In this document: piece after piece, positions 48,774 through 62,949 of the stretch
Layout of the letters: the number at the start of each line of letters is the position of its first letter
Position numbering within the stretch: the first letter of the stretch is position 1
Source of the DNA: Lama glama
Taxonomy: Eukaryota
NCBI GenBank assembly: GCA_028534125.1
Contig: CM052816.1
Location: 62,064,001-62,128,000 of the forward strand
Reading direction: 5' to 3'
DNA: 64,000 bases
Translations under genes and position numbers: made by a program
The notes under the pieces: model-generated
Database searches by the model: none
Told to the model about the DNA's origin: nothing
The model's input: the letters and a program-made list of their open reading frames with translations, nothing else

Positions 48774-50226
48774 TATAATTTTAATGTGCAGCCCAGAGTG
48801 AGACCCATAGATCTCTTGGGGCAGAGAGACGGGGAAAGCGAGGAAGCTGCCCTTCCCAGACCAGGTCTAATGTGGCTAACTTCTTCCAGTCACTCCCACC
48901 TCCTTTGACCAGAATCTGGACTTAAAGACTGAACTGAAATCCTGCCAACACTGAGGGCTTTTTTCTCCTATTATCATTATCAGCCGTAGCTTGCTTTCTG
49001 ACCAGCTTACAAGGCTTAGATCACGCTTCTATGCAAGGTTTCTGGAAAGGAAAATGGCTTTCTGATGGATTATGCCCTGACTGTGGACTCTAGTAGATAT
49101 TTCTTCCTGGAAATAGGACAGAGCATTTTCTACTTTATAAATTAAGATAAACCACTCCCTCATCATTTGTCTCTAGTTCTATCAAACTGTGCCAAACAGC
49201 TTTATTGTTTAAAATTGTTGGATTTCCAAGCTTATACAAAATCCAAGTTTTATTAATAGCTCATAATTATCACATGCTTCAATTTTTCTATAAACACAGG
49301 AATTTGGTAATTAGCTATAGAATTATATTATAACTTGAAAGTAGACCCACAATGGCTATAAATGCCACTGTGTGTTACTTTTCTAAAATTAAAAAAAAAT
49401 CAAATCGTCATCATCTTGTCAGTGACTCAACCCCGCATATACACAAGAGGACTCAGTGAAACCGCCCAGTATTTATTCAGCTGCTGTGTGCCGGCCCTGG
49501 GGACATGAGTGGCAAAGGACAAGATATCAGTGTGAAGGCCAGTGAACAAGGGGCTCATCCCTCTGCCTCACAGAATGGAATTTTTAGCATCCTGATGCAT
49601 TTATTATTATACTATTATTATTGCTCCCTTTTCCCAAATGAAATAGAATCAGTGTAGCATCTCTTTTTCCCAAGAAAGAAACTCCCTCTAGGAGTGAGCT
49701 GTTGCTTGTTCAAACAAATGCATTAACGGGCTTTGGCCACTAAGGGGCCATCAGCTACATCCTGGGAGAGTAAGAGAAGGGAGCTCTTGGAAAAGCTGTC
49801 TGCCAACTGGACGGAGCACTCAGCCCCTGACTGGCAGCTAAACAGGCCATTCCATACACCTAAAATTTGAGAATCTACTGGAGGCCATCTTTGCATGACT
49901 TTGAGTTCTCCCTTAAACAAATGGAAATTGTGGGACCCAGGCCAGTGGGTGAGCTGTGATGGGTGTGTAGATCCAACTTCCTTCCTTCCCAAGGAAGCAC
50001 ACTGTTTTCATTTCCCTGGAGAAGCAAGGCTGGTGGAGTGAGATAAGCAGAGGCCCGGAGTCCATGTCCACTGGGGGTTCTGCTTTCATTCCACAGCAGG
50101 ATTTGGACCCCTCGTCTGAGTTTACTGAGAGCTCTGTTTTAGAATCTGAAAGGAAATCTGGACTCCGTAGCCCCTGAGTTTAACTGGAGGAGGACTGGCA
50201 GTCTACGTGGGGTAACTGCCCACTTA

Positions 50227-50415
<189 letters not shown>

Positions 50416-51284
50416 TCATAAATGCAAGTACTACACCCAAGACATCATTGCAAAGGTTGGCTATGCTTTGAGTCAAATGCTCCATTAACCCTGAAAACTT
50501 TCCGAATGTTAAAAAAAAGAAAAAATCTCTCTGTGTGTGGGGGTAGGGGGTATGTGTTCACAACATTCTGGGAAAGATATTTTGAGGTCCACATGACCTG
50601 AAGATCAAGATAAGAGTAAGGGCCCTGCCTTTGATGGAGTATCAGTGCTTTGTAACCCATTCTTCGTGAGCTGGATCAGGTGAGCTTGAGTGAAGGGATT
50701 CAGCCTGTGAAATCGCGCTGGTTTCTGGTCCTCAAATGCAGGCAGGGGCAGGGAAAAGGGCCGGGAGCAGTGACACCCAGCGGGAAGGATGGGAGTTCCC
50801 GCCATTCTCCCTGATTCTGGCGCCAGTCCTCTGGGCCTGTGGGAAGCAGTGGAGGTGGTAGACCTGCCTTCCGCCTCGTGGGCTCTCCAGCCTCCTTCAG
50901 GGGGTCTTTCTATGAGGAAAGAGCCTGGCTTCAGGATCCAGCCTTACTCTCCTGAGGCCATAAAGTGCCATCAACTAAAGCACCATGGCCTGGGTAGCCC
51001 CCCAGAGCAGCGTACTGACGACCCACTAAGACTGTGTTGACCGTGACTGATTTCAAAGGAATAAATCAGTACTTTCTAGAAATGAATTATCCAATTGATT
51101 AAGCGAGAAATTTCAGAAATTCATTTGAAATTAAATGGGAGTTACAGCCCATGGCCCAAGTGTCCTGTTAATGTCTTTTATTCTGCCTTGAACGTGTGTG
51201 TATCTGCCCGGGGGTAGAGGTACCTTGGTATCATGGGAATGGCCTATGAGGCCCAAGAACTGGGTTTGAACCCTGCCTTTGTCA

Positions 51285-51440
51285 ATTGTTCACTCACTCA
51301 CTCATTCACTTACACAGATTCCCTGAGTGTCAGCTAAATACCGGGTACTGGGCTTGATGCTAGAGAGAAAGAGGTGAAGGAAAGACACACTCTTTGTCTC
51401 ATGGAGCTTAAAGTCCTGGAGATGGAAAATGTAAAAAAAT
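51285..51440 (-). mobile_element. L2 3' end
   Basis: tcactcactcactcattcact...gtactgggcttgatgct...tctcatggagctta. Confidence 0.6.
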
Positions 51441-53199
51441 TATACAAATAATTGCAAAGCTGTTGTATAATGTTATGTAGTCTGGTGAAAAGGGCAGCTA
51501 TATTGTTTCTTCTATTCTTTCAGCCAGCTTTACTTGTATTGTGTAGCTAAACTCTAGACTAGTTGTTAAGAAATTGTTACAGCCCATATCATGGAATATT
51601 TATGATAGCAGATACCCCACATCACCTGTTAGCCCGGGTTCCCTGATCATGATATGACTATTTTTGCATGTTTGAAAAAACAAACCAAAAATAAAACAAA
51701 AGCACTTGTGAAGAAGATGGCTGTGCATGGTAAAATCTAATGGGAAGCTTTGCCCTTGGATTCCGCTGATCTGATGGGACTAGCAAAAATCTTGCCCCTG
51801 TCATTTTTAACCCATGTGGTGGTAACACAAGGGGAAAGAGACAAGCAATTAAGTGGTAATTAACTGTGCACCGTTCATCAGCTTGTAGTAGAAATGGACC
51901 TCAGAATACTTGGCCAAAGCGCAAACACAGGTTGACTGATGACAGCTTGAACCTTTTGTGTGGACTTTGTGCACACAGATCCTGGGTGATGGAATCGCTT
52001 TTTCAATTTTATGCTATTGCTCTTGGGTAGAAATTAGTTAAGTACATAATTTAGCATATTACCATTTCCTAGGTGGGGGGATTGACCTCTGAAAAGCATT
52101 TGCTTTGCACCTCCTGGCAGATGTACAAATGCAGCCCATTGGGCACCCATTTCTGAACAGTTCAGACTGAGCAAGGGTGGTGAAGACTTGAGAGAGGGAA
52201 AAAAGGGAAGGGATATCTCTGAAAAACAGCCCTCTGCTTTTCAAGGCTCTGAAGGATAGGGCCATTTGAAAGCACATATGGCTCCGTTTCTACTCCTTTG
52301 GGGTTGAACTGCCTAGGAGAATGGAGTTTGATTTGGGCAGCAAATGGAAGAGGAAGAAGATTCACACAAAGAAATTCTCTGCTTTACGGACTTTGCTTGG
52401 CGTGGGGCCACAGTAGCCCCTGTCCCGTCCAAAGCTTTCATTCATGGGAACAGGGGAGGACCCACGGCAGGTAGTATGATGTTCCTTCATGGAGTCTTCT
52501 CTCTATCTCCCTCAGATGTACACCTTGTACACGCGAAGGCATACAGAGTCCAATCCACAACTGTTTACATCTTAGCTCGTGTTCATTCTACCACTCACAC
52601 AAGACAGATACCATTCTATACATTTCCAAAATAACATAACTATTCATGTATTCCTGAAACACACCTATGAGCTTGTAAGGCCAAGTAATATTCCCCGTCC
52701 CTCGTTTTCAGTGACTAGACCTAACTCTGCTAATGTGGATGGACAAAACAGAAACCTTGGATGCTGGACTTGCAGTTTCGTGCTTTCTGTCAGCTCACAA
52801 AATCTCTGCAGAATTTTGATCATGTTGTATCCTCTCCGGCTGAAAGCTCTTGAGACAGGAGAGATCGATATCAATTTCAGGGGTTTTCAATTCCAGAACA
52901 TGTGTGCGGACCTCATAGTTGCCCTCCTTTACTGATGGCGCTGACTTAGCGCTGGGCACCCCTTCCCACTCCAGTCACTGCTTATTGCCTTTGTAGAACT
53001 TATCCCAATCAGAAATTATCTTGCTTTTGCACTTGCTAACGAGTTGATTATTTACCTGCCCCAACCCCACTTTCATCTTCCATCTCCAAACTGGATATGT
53101 AACGTCTGTGAGGCCAGGAACTTTATCTGCTTTATTCAATTCTGTAAACCCAGAATTAAGGACCCAGCCTTACACAACATAGGATTTCAATAGATACAC

Positions 53200-56100
53200 A
53201 GCATTAAAACAATAGTAACTGTACTACATATGTTATCTGACTTTCTTTGCCACCTTAGCATGGTTGGAGATACTTTCATGTTAGCACATCTTGATTTATT
53301 TTATGCTCTTTAGTGGATGGGTAGTATTCCAGAGGCAGGAACTGACATTGTGATTCTTCCCCTTCCTCTGCAATATGCCGGTATTTGTATGGGACAGATC
53401 CTTTGAAGTAGAAAACTGGGACAAAGTTTATGTATTCACATTTTGTACTTGAATATATATTGCCAGGTGGACCTTTGAAAAGGCCACGCCAATTTACATT
53501 TCACTTCCACCAACCGTGAGTGGGAGAATCCATTTCCCCTGCGCCTTTACCAGTACTTCGTATTATCAATATTTAATTTTCGCTCATTTGTTGGGGAAGA
53601 GCAGAATCTCTCATTGAAGTTTTATTTTTCATTTCTTTTATTGCTACTGAGGTTAAATTTATTTTCATATGTTAATTGGCTACTTGTAATTCTTCTCTTC
53701 GTTTTTTATTTGTATCATTTACCCATTTGAACAATAGGGCTGTCTGTTTGATTTGTAAGGGTTCGCTCTGTATAGTAGGCAGTGCTCTTCCCCACTGCAC
53801 GTGAAACCGTGAACGACTAGCACCTGAGACCTGGAACTGTAGTGAAGGATGGATTGTTGATTACTTTTTCCAGACTGTCTAGGTTTAATGGTTTATTAAA
53901 ATATTTTGTTCTTCTTGAATTAAATTGGTAATTCATTTGTCCTAGAAAATCATCCACTAAATACCTTTTTAGTAGTATAAAGTTGAATATGGTTTTCTAT
54001 TGTAACTGTTTCATGTCTCTAATGCTGTGTATCTATGGTGATTTCTTTGTACACCATTGTTTCTTGGGTTCCGTGTCTTCCCATTTCTTGAATTCATTTT
54101 GCTGGAACGTATCCTTGACTAATTGTTTCAGAGGAGATCTGTGAATATAAAACTTCTTAGTCTTTTTATTACTGAAAATACTTTTCCTTCTCTCTCTCTG
54201 GCTCTCTCTGCTCACACTTAAAGTCTAATTGACTGGGTGTAAAAACGTGTGTTCAAACTAAGTTTCTCTCTGAACTTGGGTGATGCTGTTCCTGTGTTTT
54301 CTATCTGCATCCAGTGATGCTTTGTATGTAGCCTGTTTGTGGCTCTTTGAAAACTTTTTGTTTTTAAGCTTTAAATATTTGAGTTATGAAATGGTTCCTA
54401 AATATTTCTAGATATGCGTTCTTTTTAAATTACTCTAAGGATTACGCACCACATTTAACTGTCATGTTTCTTTCTTCTCTCTTGATCTAGAACAGCACCC
54501 TTTTTTCATCTTTCATGACACTGATATTTTTGAATAAAGAGTTCAGGCCAGTTGTTTTATAATCCTTATAAAGCCTTCAATGTAAAATAAACAAACCAAA
54601 AATGCTATAAAGGACGTATTGGAACAATTGGGAAAATTTGAATATGGAATATACATATTAAATAGCAGTGTTATATCAAATTGAGTTGAATCATATTTAA
54701 TCAAAGTTAAATGAAGTTTTTTGGTATGATAATTGTTTTGAGGTTATGTAGGAAAACACTCTTGTTCTTTAGGAGATATATGTTGAAATATTTAGGATAA
54801 AGTGTCATTAACATCTGTAACTTACTCTTAAATTGTTCATCAAAAGTTATATATATATAGTATATATTTATATATAGAAATTATATATAATCTATATGTA
54901 TAAAACCTGTATTGTATATGTGTGTGTGTATATATAGAGAGAGAGATACACACAAGGAGAGAGAGAAAAAATTATGGCTAAATATTAACAATTAGTGAAA
55001 CTAGAATATTTGGTTATTCATTGCATTATTCTTACAAGTTTGCCATAGGTTTGAAATTTCTCAGAATAAAAAATGGAGAAAATATATGGCAAATGCCAAT
55101 CAAATGCCAAAAAAAAGGAGTCATAAAAAGGGTAGTCAGTGCCTCACTTTGCAAGATGTGCAGAAATGCAAGAGACTGAGGGAGCATTGTCTTCTGACAC
55201 TAATTAACTCATCTATTGATTTTTTTATCTGATGGGTAACACTTTCATTCCCAACAAATCTGTTTGCTTCCTTTCTGTTGCAGTGACTGTTTTATGGGTA
55301 TGATAGACTGAAAATAAATCTCTCGGAGAATACTGATTACATTTATATTTTAAATTCTTCATCTGTTTCTACTTTAACGTTTGCTCATCAAGTGTGAGTT
55401 GTTTGAGTGTTGCCATTTGGTATCTCCCTTTCGGGGTGTTGGTTTTTCTACTCATCCTTGGATATCTGTTCAGCTTTGTCTTTGAGGATCTCTGCCTGTC
55501 ATCCTCTTAAGTATCCTTCTGGTGATGGGAGAAGGGGCAGCATGCGTGGCTGGACCATGTGTGTCTAAAGCTTGTCTGCTGGGTACTTCTTGTCCTGACT
55601 GGTAAGTTTGCCCAGGCACACGGCCTACTTTTTGGGTCTCGTGTTTGCTTTGAGTTTCCTGTTTACAGCTCCAACTCCGATGAGATATACAGAGCAGTTC
55701 AGCCTGGGAAAAACCCTGGAGTCACGTGCTCGCTTTCTTGTCCTTCTGCAGCTGTCCTTATGGAGTTTTCCACCCTCTGTCCTGCTTTACTGCCCAGTCC
55801 TGACACCCACACCAGGTTTCCTCCTGGGGCAGCAGTGATGGTCTCTGTTAGTGTGGGGCAGCCCAGATTTTCCTGATGCACTTTCAAACATTCATTTCCC
55901 TGGCAACAGTTCCAGAAACCTTTCCCATGATTTGAATTTGTTGATTCCTGTTTGAAGTATCTGTGGAATTGATTTCACTTTAAAATTTTTTCAAATTTAT
56001 TAAAAAAATTTTTTTTTAGGGTGAAGTAATTAGGTTTATCGATCTATTTATTTTACTACGTGGAGGGACTGGGGATTGAACCCAGGACCTTGTGCATGCT

Positions 56101-56330
56101 AAGCATGCGCTCTACCACTGAGGCACACCCATCCTCTGCAATTAGTTTCACTTTTGTAGTAAATTTTCTCCTGCTTGAATTTCTTTTATTTCTTCTTGAG
56201 TTTCTTATCGACAGGTGGCTTCTTGTCTTCTTTTATATCCACCAATCCAATCCCAATTGTTTTGTAGCTTTGAGAAATCCCTCAGTTTCTGGTTTGTTGA
56301 AGTCACCCTTCCTTGTTTCTCAGAGGCATG
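53200..56330 (-). mobile_element. Composite of very old L1/HAL1-like fragments (includes a plus-strand L1 3' piece at about 54590-55075)
   Basis: T-rich degenerate L1 motifs (tttacatt...ttccaccaa, aattgactgggtgtaaaa). Subfamilies and internal borders not resolvable by eye. Confidence 0.5.
55982..56138 (-). mobile_element. tRNA-Ala-derived SINE, copy 7
   Basis: gtaattaggttt...tggagggactggggattgaacccaggaccttgtgcatgctaagcatgcgctctaccactgag. Imperfect TSD aatt..tttcacttt. Confidence 0.9.
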
Positions 56331-56854
56331 GAAGACTCTTGTGTCTCCCATCTTGTTTCCTTTTCCTCTCACAATTAGCAGGGGCCGCGTGACAGAGTTA
56401 TGGCAAATGGATTCTGAATAAGACTAGCGAATGCTTCTTCTCGAATGACTTCTAAAAATCCTCCCATATGAACCCTCATGCTTTATTTCTCCCCTGACGG
56501 ATGGATGGATGTAGGAAATGGGGAGAGCAGAGTAGCCCAGCCCGCCGCAGCCCTGGCACGGGGCTGTGATGTGCGTGAATAATGACCTCTTCTTGTCCTC
56601 TTCCATTGAGACTTGGTGGTGCTTCACACAGCTGTCACCCTACTCTGACAAACAGAAGAACTAATATGGACTTATTCTTTTCATGGTATCGTTTGGCTGT
56701 TATTCCAAAGGATTTTTAGTAGGAGGGGAAATATATGAATGAGTTCAGTCCGACATCTCTGGACAAGCTTTTTTTCTCCAGTTACACGTCCTCTGTTTTA
56801 ACAACAGATGCAGAGTGAAAGCAGTTCCTTTGCTTAGTCACTAGTTATTAATTT

Positions 56855-57300
56855 AACCTTGACTCTGCTCCAGGCACTGTGCTAAATGCTGGAGGTACAA
56901 TGGTGAACACACTCCAGGTGACCAACTTTCGAGGGGACAACAGACAGCCAATTGGGCAGCTACCCCTCCGTGTAATGCAGGCCATCGTCAGTGCCATGGA
57001 AGTGCCTGGCGGACACACTGGGTGGGCAGAGGCCCAGCCTTGGAAGGCCAGGGAAGCTTTTTGTAGGAAGTCTCACAGGTATAATTCAAAGAAAGCATAG
57101 AGATGGACCAGGGAAAAAAAGGACGGTTGTTGGGTGGGGAGGGTGGGCAACATGGTTCAGGCAGAGAGAACAACTGGAAAGAACTTTCGAATTCTGGTTC
57201 CTCGAAGTGGTTCAAGATGCCTTGATTGTGGCAGGCAGGGCCTTGGGGGCAGGTGAGGCGGGCGGTGGCTGGTGAGAGGTGAGGCTGGAGAGGTTTGCAG
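56855..57300 (-). mobile_element. L2 3' fragment
   Basis: ccaggcactgtgctaaatgctggaggtacaatggtgaaca...gagaggtgaggctggagagg. Confidence 0.6.
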
Positions 57301-59243
57301 GGTCCGTTCACAGATATTCCTCTGAGCCGCATTAAAAAGTCAGCAGGGGGCGCCCTGCTAACCTGGATTGTGGCCGATTTAAGTTCTGCCTCCCCAGGGT
57401 CCCCGTTGTCCTTAGAACGCAGCACCTGTTTCTAACATCAGGTGGGCTCTCTGCCCTGACCTTGGGAAAGGGGTGGAGCTGCTTCCAGATGGTAACTTCA
57501 AGTCACAGTTTTACTTTGCCCAAAAGTGAATGTGCACTTAAAGTCATTTTTTATTATGAAATGAAAAACTCTGTCTCCTGCAAAATCAATTTCAGGCCTC
57601 AGTGAACAAATATTTTCTCGGGGAGGGGACTGGGGGGTAGGGGAGAGCCTTTAGAGCACCTTGAAATCACACCACGCTGGCTCGTCGCTGTTGGGAACCA
57701 GGACATCAAAAATCTGACCTCTTTCCTCAGGGCCTCACAAAGCTTTTTTGCCTTCAGCTCCTTTGGGATTTCCAAGTATTTTTAGCCTGTTTGTGGATAA
57801 TATAATAGGCATGTTTGAGGAAAAGTTAAGGGAAACCACCCATGAAGCACATACCAGTTTGGAAGGCTGGTTATTCTTATATTCGTGAGAAATGGTCAGT
57901 TGTTGAAGAGGAACGAAAACACATCTGCTTGCCGGGCAGCCTCAAGCCCCACAGAGCTCCCCCCGCCTCAGAAGTCCTAGGCACTGGCCCAGAAGATTGG
58001 GCTGGGGTCCTTTATTTAGAGTGGGGCGTCCTTTCACACTTCGCTCTGGAGACCTCTTTCCTCCTCCCGATCTCCTCTCTCCCACCCTCTTTCTTCTCTG
58101 TTCGCACTTTCCTCTCTCCCCTTCCCTTTCCCCCTCCTCTTGCTTTCCTGCCTGTCTTGAGGCTACAGTGACTCTGGGAGGTGTTGCCACAGACAGTGTC
58201 TCTTTGGGGGCCCTGAATTTGGCCTCCAGTGTCCAGCAGAGTCAATTTTCTCCATTTACTTCAATATCCCTAGGAATCAAAACAAAACAAACGAATCTTC
58301 TTGGAGCTAATATTATAGCACTGAACTGTCATTTCCTTGCTGACAGGGGCACATTTCCTATGTCCTCTGTACTCCTGACACATGATCTGCTGTGATACTA
58401 GGGGCAGGGAAGGCCCCCAGGACAGCTTTCAGACCGACTGTGAACAGCAAAAGGGACACAGCTTACACGAGACACGTGGAAGTTCGTCTACACACTCACT
58501 CACTCTCACGCATTTTTGTAACTGGTGGGAGCTTGTAACTCCATGCACTGTGGAAAGGACACAGGAAATGTGGGCTGCTTGCTAAGCAGTCCACTTTTAC
58601 TCTCGTGTTTCCAAAAAGCATTTAATTTAAATAGAAACAAGTCATATTAATTCAGTTAGTTGTTTACCTATATTTAAAAATAGTTTCAAAGGCCCTTATA
58701 TGTTAGAGTAAGAAGATATTCACAGTGCCCTAAAACACGTAGTGGAAAATGATATTTATACCATAAACAGAGCTCCATTCTTACCCAAACACTGGGAAAG
58801 AAACATTTTCCAGTTCAGAAGGGAAACAGAGCTGTCTCCCTCCCCCTACTGCCCTGCCTCCTTCTCTGTGCTCCTTGTGACACTGTGGTCCTATCACTGC
58901 ACCAGAGCAGCAGCCGCCCTGGGGGTTCCGTTAGCTGTGTGAGGAAGCAGGTGCACAGGGGCCCCGTGCAGCACAGGAGGAGAGCAGACAACACAAACAC
59001 ATTTAGGAGAGGTCCCACTGAGGCTTTTACTGATCCATTTCCAGCCCCTAAGGTAGTGCAGAACAATGTACAGGAGATATTTACTTAGCAGTTAACTAAT
59101 TTCAACTTTCCCTGAATGGGTACCATGGCTAAAAAATGCTCTCTTTGGATCACATGAATGCTGCATTTTTACTGCGTATAATTATTTCCTAGTTAGAATT
59201 AAATTTCTTTACCCAAAGTAAAATATTTTATAAATAATTAAAT

Positions 59244-59395
59244 GGGAGGGGAGGGTATAGCTTAGGGGTAAAACACAAGGTCCTGGGTTCAGTCCTCAGT
59301 ACCTCCAGTAAGAAACAAATAAATAAATAAATCTAATTACCTTCCCCCATCCCCCAAAATAAAAAATAAAAAAATGTTTAAAATGTTTAAATAAA
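59244..59395 (+). mobile_element. tRNA-Ala-derived SINE, copy 8 (anticodon arm deleted)
   Basis: ggggagggtatagcttaggggtaaaacacaaggtcctgggttcagtcctcagtacctcc...ctaattacc with an A-rich tail. Confidence 0.85.
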
Positions 59396-59649
59396 TAAAT
59401 CATTAAATGATCTATGGAGTGAAGTTTCCCTCCTGTCTTAAAGATAACTCTCTGAACTTAGTGTTATTTTGGTAAGAAATTAAATACACAATGAATTTTA
59501 GCCATGAAACATGGTGTTTTGAAATATACACACTAATCATTAAGTATGTTGAATCTGCAGGTAAAATTTGGCCCATCGTGCTAGCATCTTTTATTTTTCC
59601 ATTTGATATGTTCTCTTGACTTCCTCCAGTGTAGCTCAGAGGGAAATGG

Positions 59650-59850
59650 TCTGGTGTAGTGGAATAATCACCAACTTTGCAGTCGGATTAATGTGCTATA
59701 TGACCTTGGACCAGTTACCTCTTTGAGCCTCAGTTTCTTCATCTGTAAAATGGGGAAAATAATACTTGAAAATAAAAAGAGATAACATGTATAAAGCACC
59801 CCACAAGTAGAAAGTACACAGTAAGTGGAAGCTATTCTCATTGCTATTAC
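59650..59850 (+). mobile_element. MIR SINE
   Basis: tgaccttggaccagttacctctttgagcctcagtttcttcatctgtaaaatgggg. Confidence 0.85.
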
Positions 59851-60059
59851 CCTCAGCTGACAACTACTTTGGCAAAAGGTGATGGATATGGTGTCTGGCT
59901 CACTGGTTGGGATGTGAAGACATGGAGACACAGTAACAGGTGGTGTTAGATTGCCCTCAGCTTCCAGAAGTTGGTTATGTTTATATTCTACAAATAGTAC
60001 AAGCATTTTCTGTGTCTTGGGTTCTTAGCATTAGATATCAGTGTTTATGAAGTTGTTTC

Positions 60060-60372
60060 CTTCTTGTCATTCAAATCTTAGATTACATTCTATCTCCTCA
60101 GAGAGCTTTGACCAACCCTTCTAAAGTAGCCACCCAGTCTTGGTCACTTTCTGTTACATTACCTATTCCATTTTAACTATCGACATTGTAATTGCTAGTG
60201 TTTGGGATTTTCAGAATTCACCCCCACCCACCCACTATTTCTCGGCACTAGACAATATACTCCACAAGAACAGGGATCTTGTCAGCTCTGATCATTGCAG
60301 ACTCCCAGCACCTAGGACAGTGCCTTATATTTAATAGTTGCTCAATAAATATTTGTTCAAAGAACAAATGCA
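60060..60372 (+). mobile_element. L2 3' end
   Basis: cccagcacctaggacagtgcct...tagttgctcaataaatatttgtt. Confidence 0.8.
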
Positions 60373-62251
60373 TGTTTCTACTCATAGTCTATTTTAAGAT
60401 TTATTCTGCTTCATTTCTTCTAACCTGTTCTATTTTAGTATTAATTGCCTCATTACGTTGACAAATAAGGTCTTTACTTGGGGCTCTATTCTATTTCTGT
60501 CTTTATATTGCTTGTTTCTTTTATTGGTGTGGGTCATTTCCTTTACATGTCTTAATAGGAAGCTAAATACAGTGAAGTCTTTACTGCTCACATTCTCTTT
60601 GTTGTCTTGAGTTTATCCTGTATTTTGCTGGATGGTGGTTCATTAATTTATTATTAGAGCATCTTGAGCTCTCAACTCTCACTAGATTTTGAATTAAGAT
60701 TTTTCAACTCAGCATTTCTCTCTTCTTTCCATTTTGTGATTACATTTCCACTGCTCTCTCTCTCTCTCTTCCTGGTGGCACATTGCAGGGGAAGAACCCA
60801 TCTTATCTTAGGGGGGAGCAAGGGAGGATGGTATACCTCAAAGGACCTGGGGACAATCTGGCTGTAAATGATAGCAGATGGTGGGGCAGAGTCAGGGAAG
60901 ACCCTTGATAGGGCTCAGAGAGATGAGAATCAAGCTGGAAAGAGCAAGTTCACACGTGAAGAGGGGCTGCCCTGGAGTGTTCCATCATCTCTGCTCCTTT
61001 CAGAACAGGAATATTGTCAAAACTGATTGACTGCTGGGAGACTGTGGGAGAGGGGAAAGCCATGGTCAAAATAGCAGGATCATTCAACCACCTTAGAAAC
61101 CTGGCTCCACTTTCTGCCAATGGAGTGAACAAAACCTGCAATCTTATTTCATCTAGTGTCAGGAAACAGGCACTAATGGTCAGTGTGATACATGGATTCA
61201 GTTATGGGAAACGATTTCCTACCTAAACTAACTGTGAAGAAGTGAGAGCAACTATTTTTCACTATAAACATAGAAATTAGACTCTGTCAAGTAATGGTCC
61301 AATGTACAACTTAAAGCGTTAGAATATGAAATTACCAAATGCCTAAAATTATTCCCATCTGTCATTTTCTTGAAACAAATGAAACAGTTTTTCAGAATCA
61401 CATTCTACACAGTATAATCCAATAGCCTTTCTTAAATGTGGATTTTTCCCTCATATTACTGTAATTTAATTTTGTTGGCCATGAAATAAGAAAATCATCT
61501 TAGTACTGTTTGTCTTCATATTTTTTTGGCAATAGCATGACCTTATAAAGTATAAAAGATTTCCAAGTAGACTGTACCAATCAGACTTATGGGACAACAA
61601 CAATTCAGAAGCATGGTGCATGGAAGAAGCATGAAGATTCACTGAAGATATGGTTAAGGACTAAGGATATTTAAAATTTGCTTAACTGAGAGAGCAGGAT
61701 AATCTTCATTATTAAATTCAAGCTCACTCCAGGAGGTTTAAAATTATTCGAGGCTTGTTTTTTCCCAGAGACAAAACATACTCTTCACCCCTGAAGTAAC
61801 CTTGTGTGCCATTTTTCTCCAAAAAGCAAACGAATAATTACTCAATACAATAGTAAAACTAAATGTGATATACAGTACTTTCTGGACTTCTGGTGGCTAA
61901 TTTGAAATAGAAATAAATTAAAAGTACAGATAACTGCGAAACAACCTGGCTTCAGGATCCAATCGCAATGAAAAATGGACTCTCATATTAGTGCCAAACT
62001 TAATGACTCAATTGCAATTCCTTCTTTTCCCCTCAATGAAACAGAATGAGTAAAGAAGAGAGAAATGGCCAATGTGTAACCCTCACACTGAGGAAGGAGC
62101 AATTAGCCAACCTAAAAGTTATCAAAAGACCAGTTTTTATCATAGCATTAAAATAAACACACTGGAAAGAGATTTGAAGCAGAAAGAGATTTCGAGTGTT
62201 ACAGACTAGAATGGAAATCACTATTTCCCTAAGACTCTGAGGACATGTATA

Positions 62252-62433
62252 CAGTTGTCCCTCAGGGTCTCTAAAAGGTTGGTTCCAGGATCTGCCACAG
62301 ACACCAAAATCTGAGATGCTCAAGTCTTAGTCGGCTCTCTGTATCTGTGGTTCCGCATCCATGGATTCAAACCACCATAGATTGTAAGCAGAGTACATGA
62401 TCTGTGGTTGGTTGAATCTGGAAGGGCCAACTG
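62252..62433. mobile_element. MER2/Tigger-type MITE
   Basis: TIRs cagttgtccct / agggccaactg with TA duplication on both sides. Confidence 0.85.
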
Positions 62434-62697
62434 TATTTGATTTCTTGAAGGGACTTAGTGAGGTCTTCCCTAGCCCAAGGCCACACCAGAGATACCACTG
62501 TTTGGATAAAGAGAGGATTACTCAGCATCTTAAATCTTGGTAGACAGACTTCTTTCTAGTGGTGATAAACAAGAAAGCATACAACAAAGTTGAAAGCATG
62601 TACTTAGGTGCATAAAGGATAGCCAGGTAAGGGCTTGGAAATTTCCATTTTTATTCCTATGATGGAATGATTTCCTTTTGTTTCAAAGGGTAGCACA

Positions 62698-62856
62698 ATA
62701 GTTCTCCATCCTCACTGTGTTTCAGAATCACCAGGAGTGCCCTCAGATTCTGATTCATTTGGTCCTCGGCAGGATCCATGAGTCTGCATGTTTACTCAGT
62801 ATCCTGGATAATTTTGAAGCAGATTGTCTAAGGATTTACACTTTAAGTAGTAATGA
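62698..62856. mobile_element. MER5-like hAT fragment
   Basis: tagttctc...tcagaatcacc...cagattctgattca...gtctgcatgttta. Confidence 0.6.
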
Positions 62857-62949
62857 TTTTAGAGTAAAATAGAAATACAAGGAGACTTAATCCCACAAAG
62901 GGGAGAAATCAAAGATATTGCCAGGTATATTCTTTTCAGAATTGTACAG

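Noticed and set aside
60985..61226. Strong-looking acceptor (ctctgctcctttcag) followed by a 70-aa open frame
   Set aside because: No convincing donor, no recognisable protein similarity and no exon chain.
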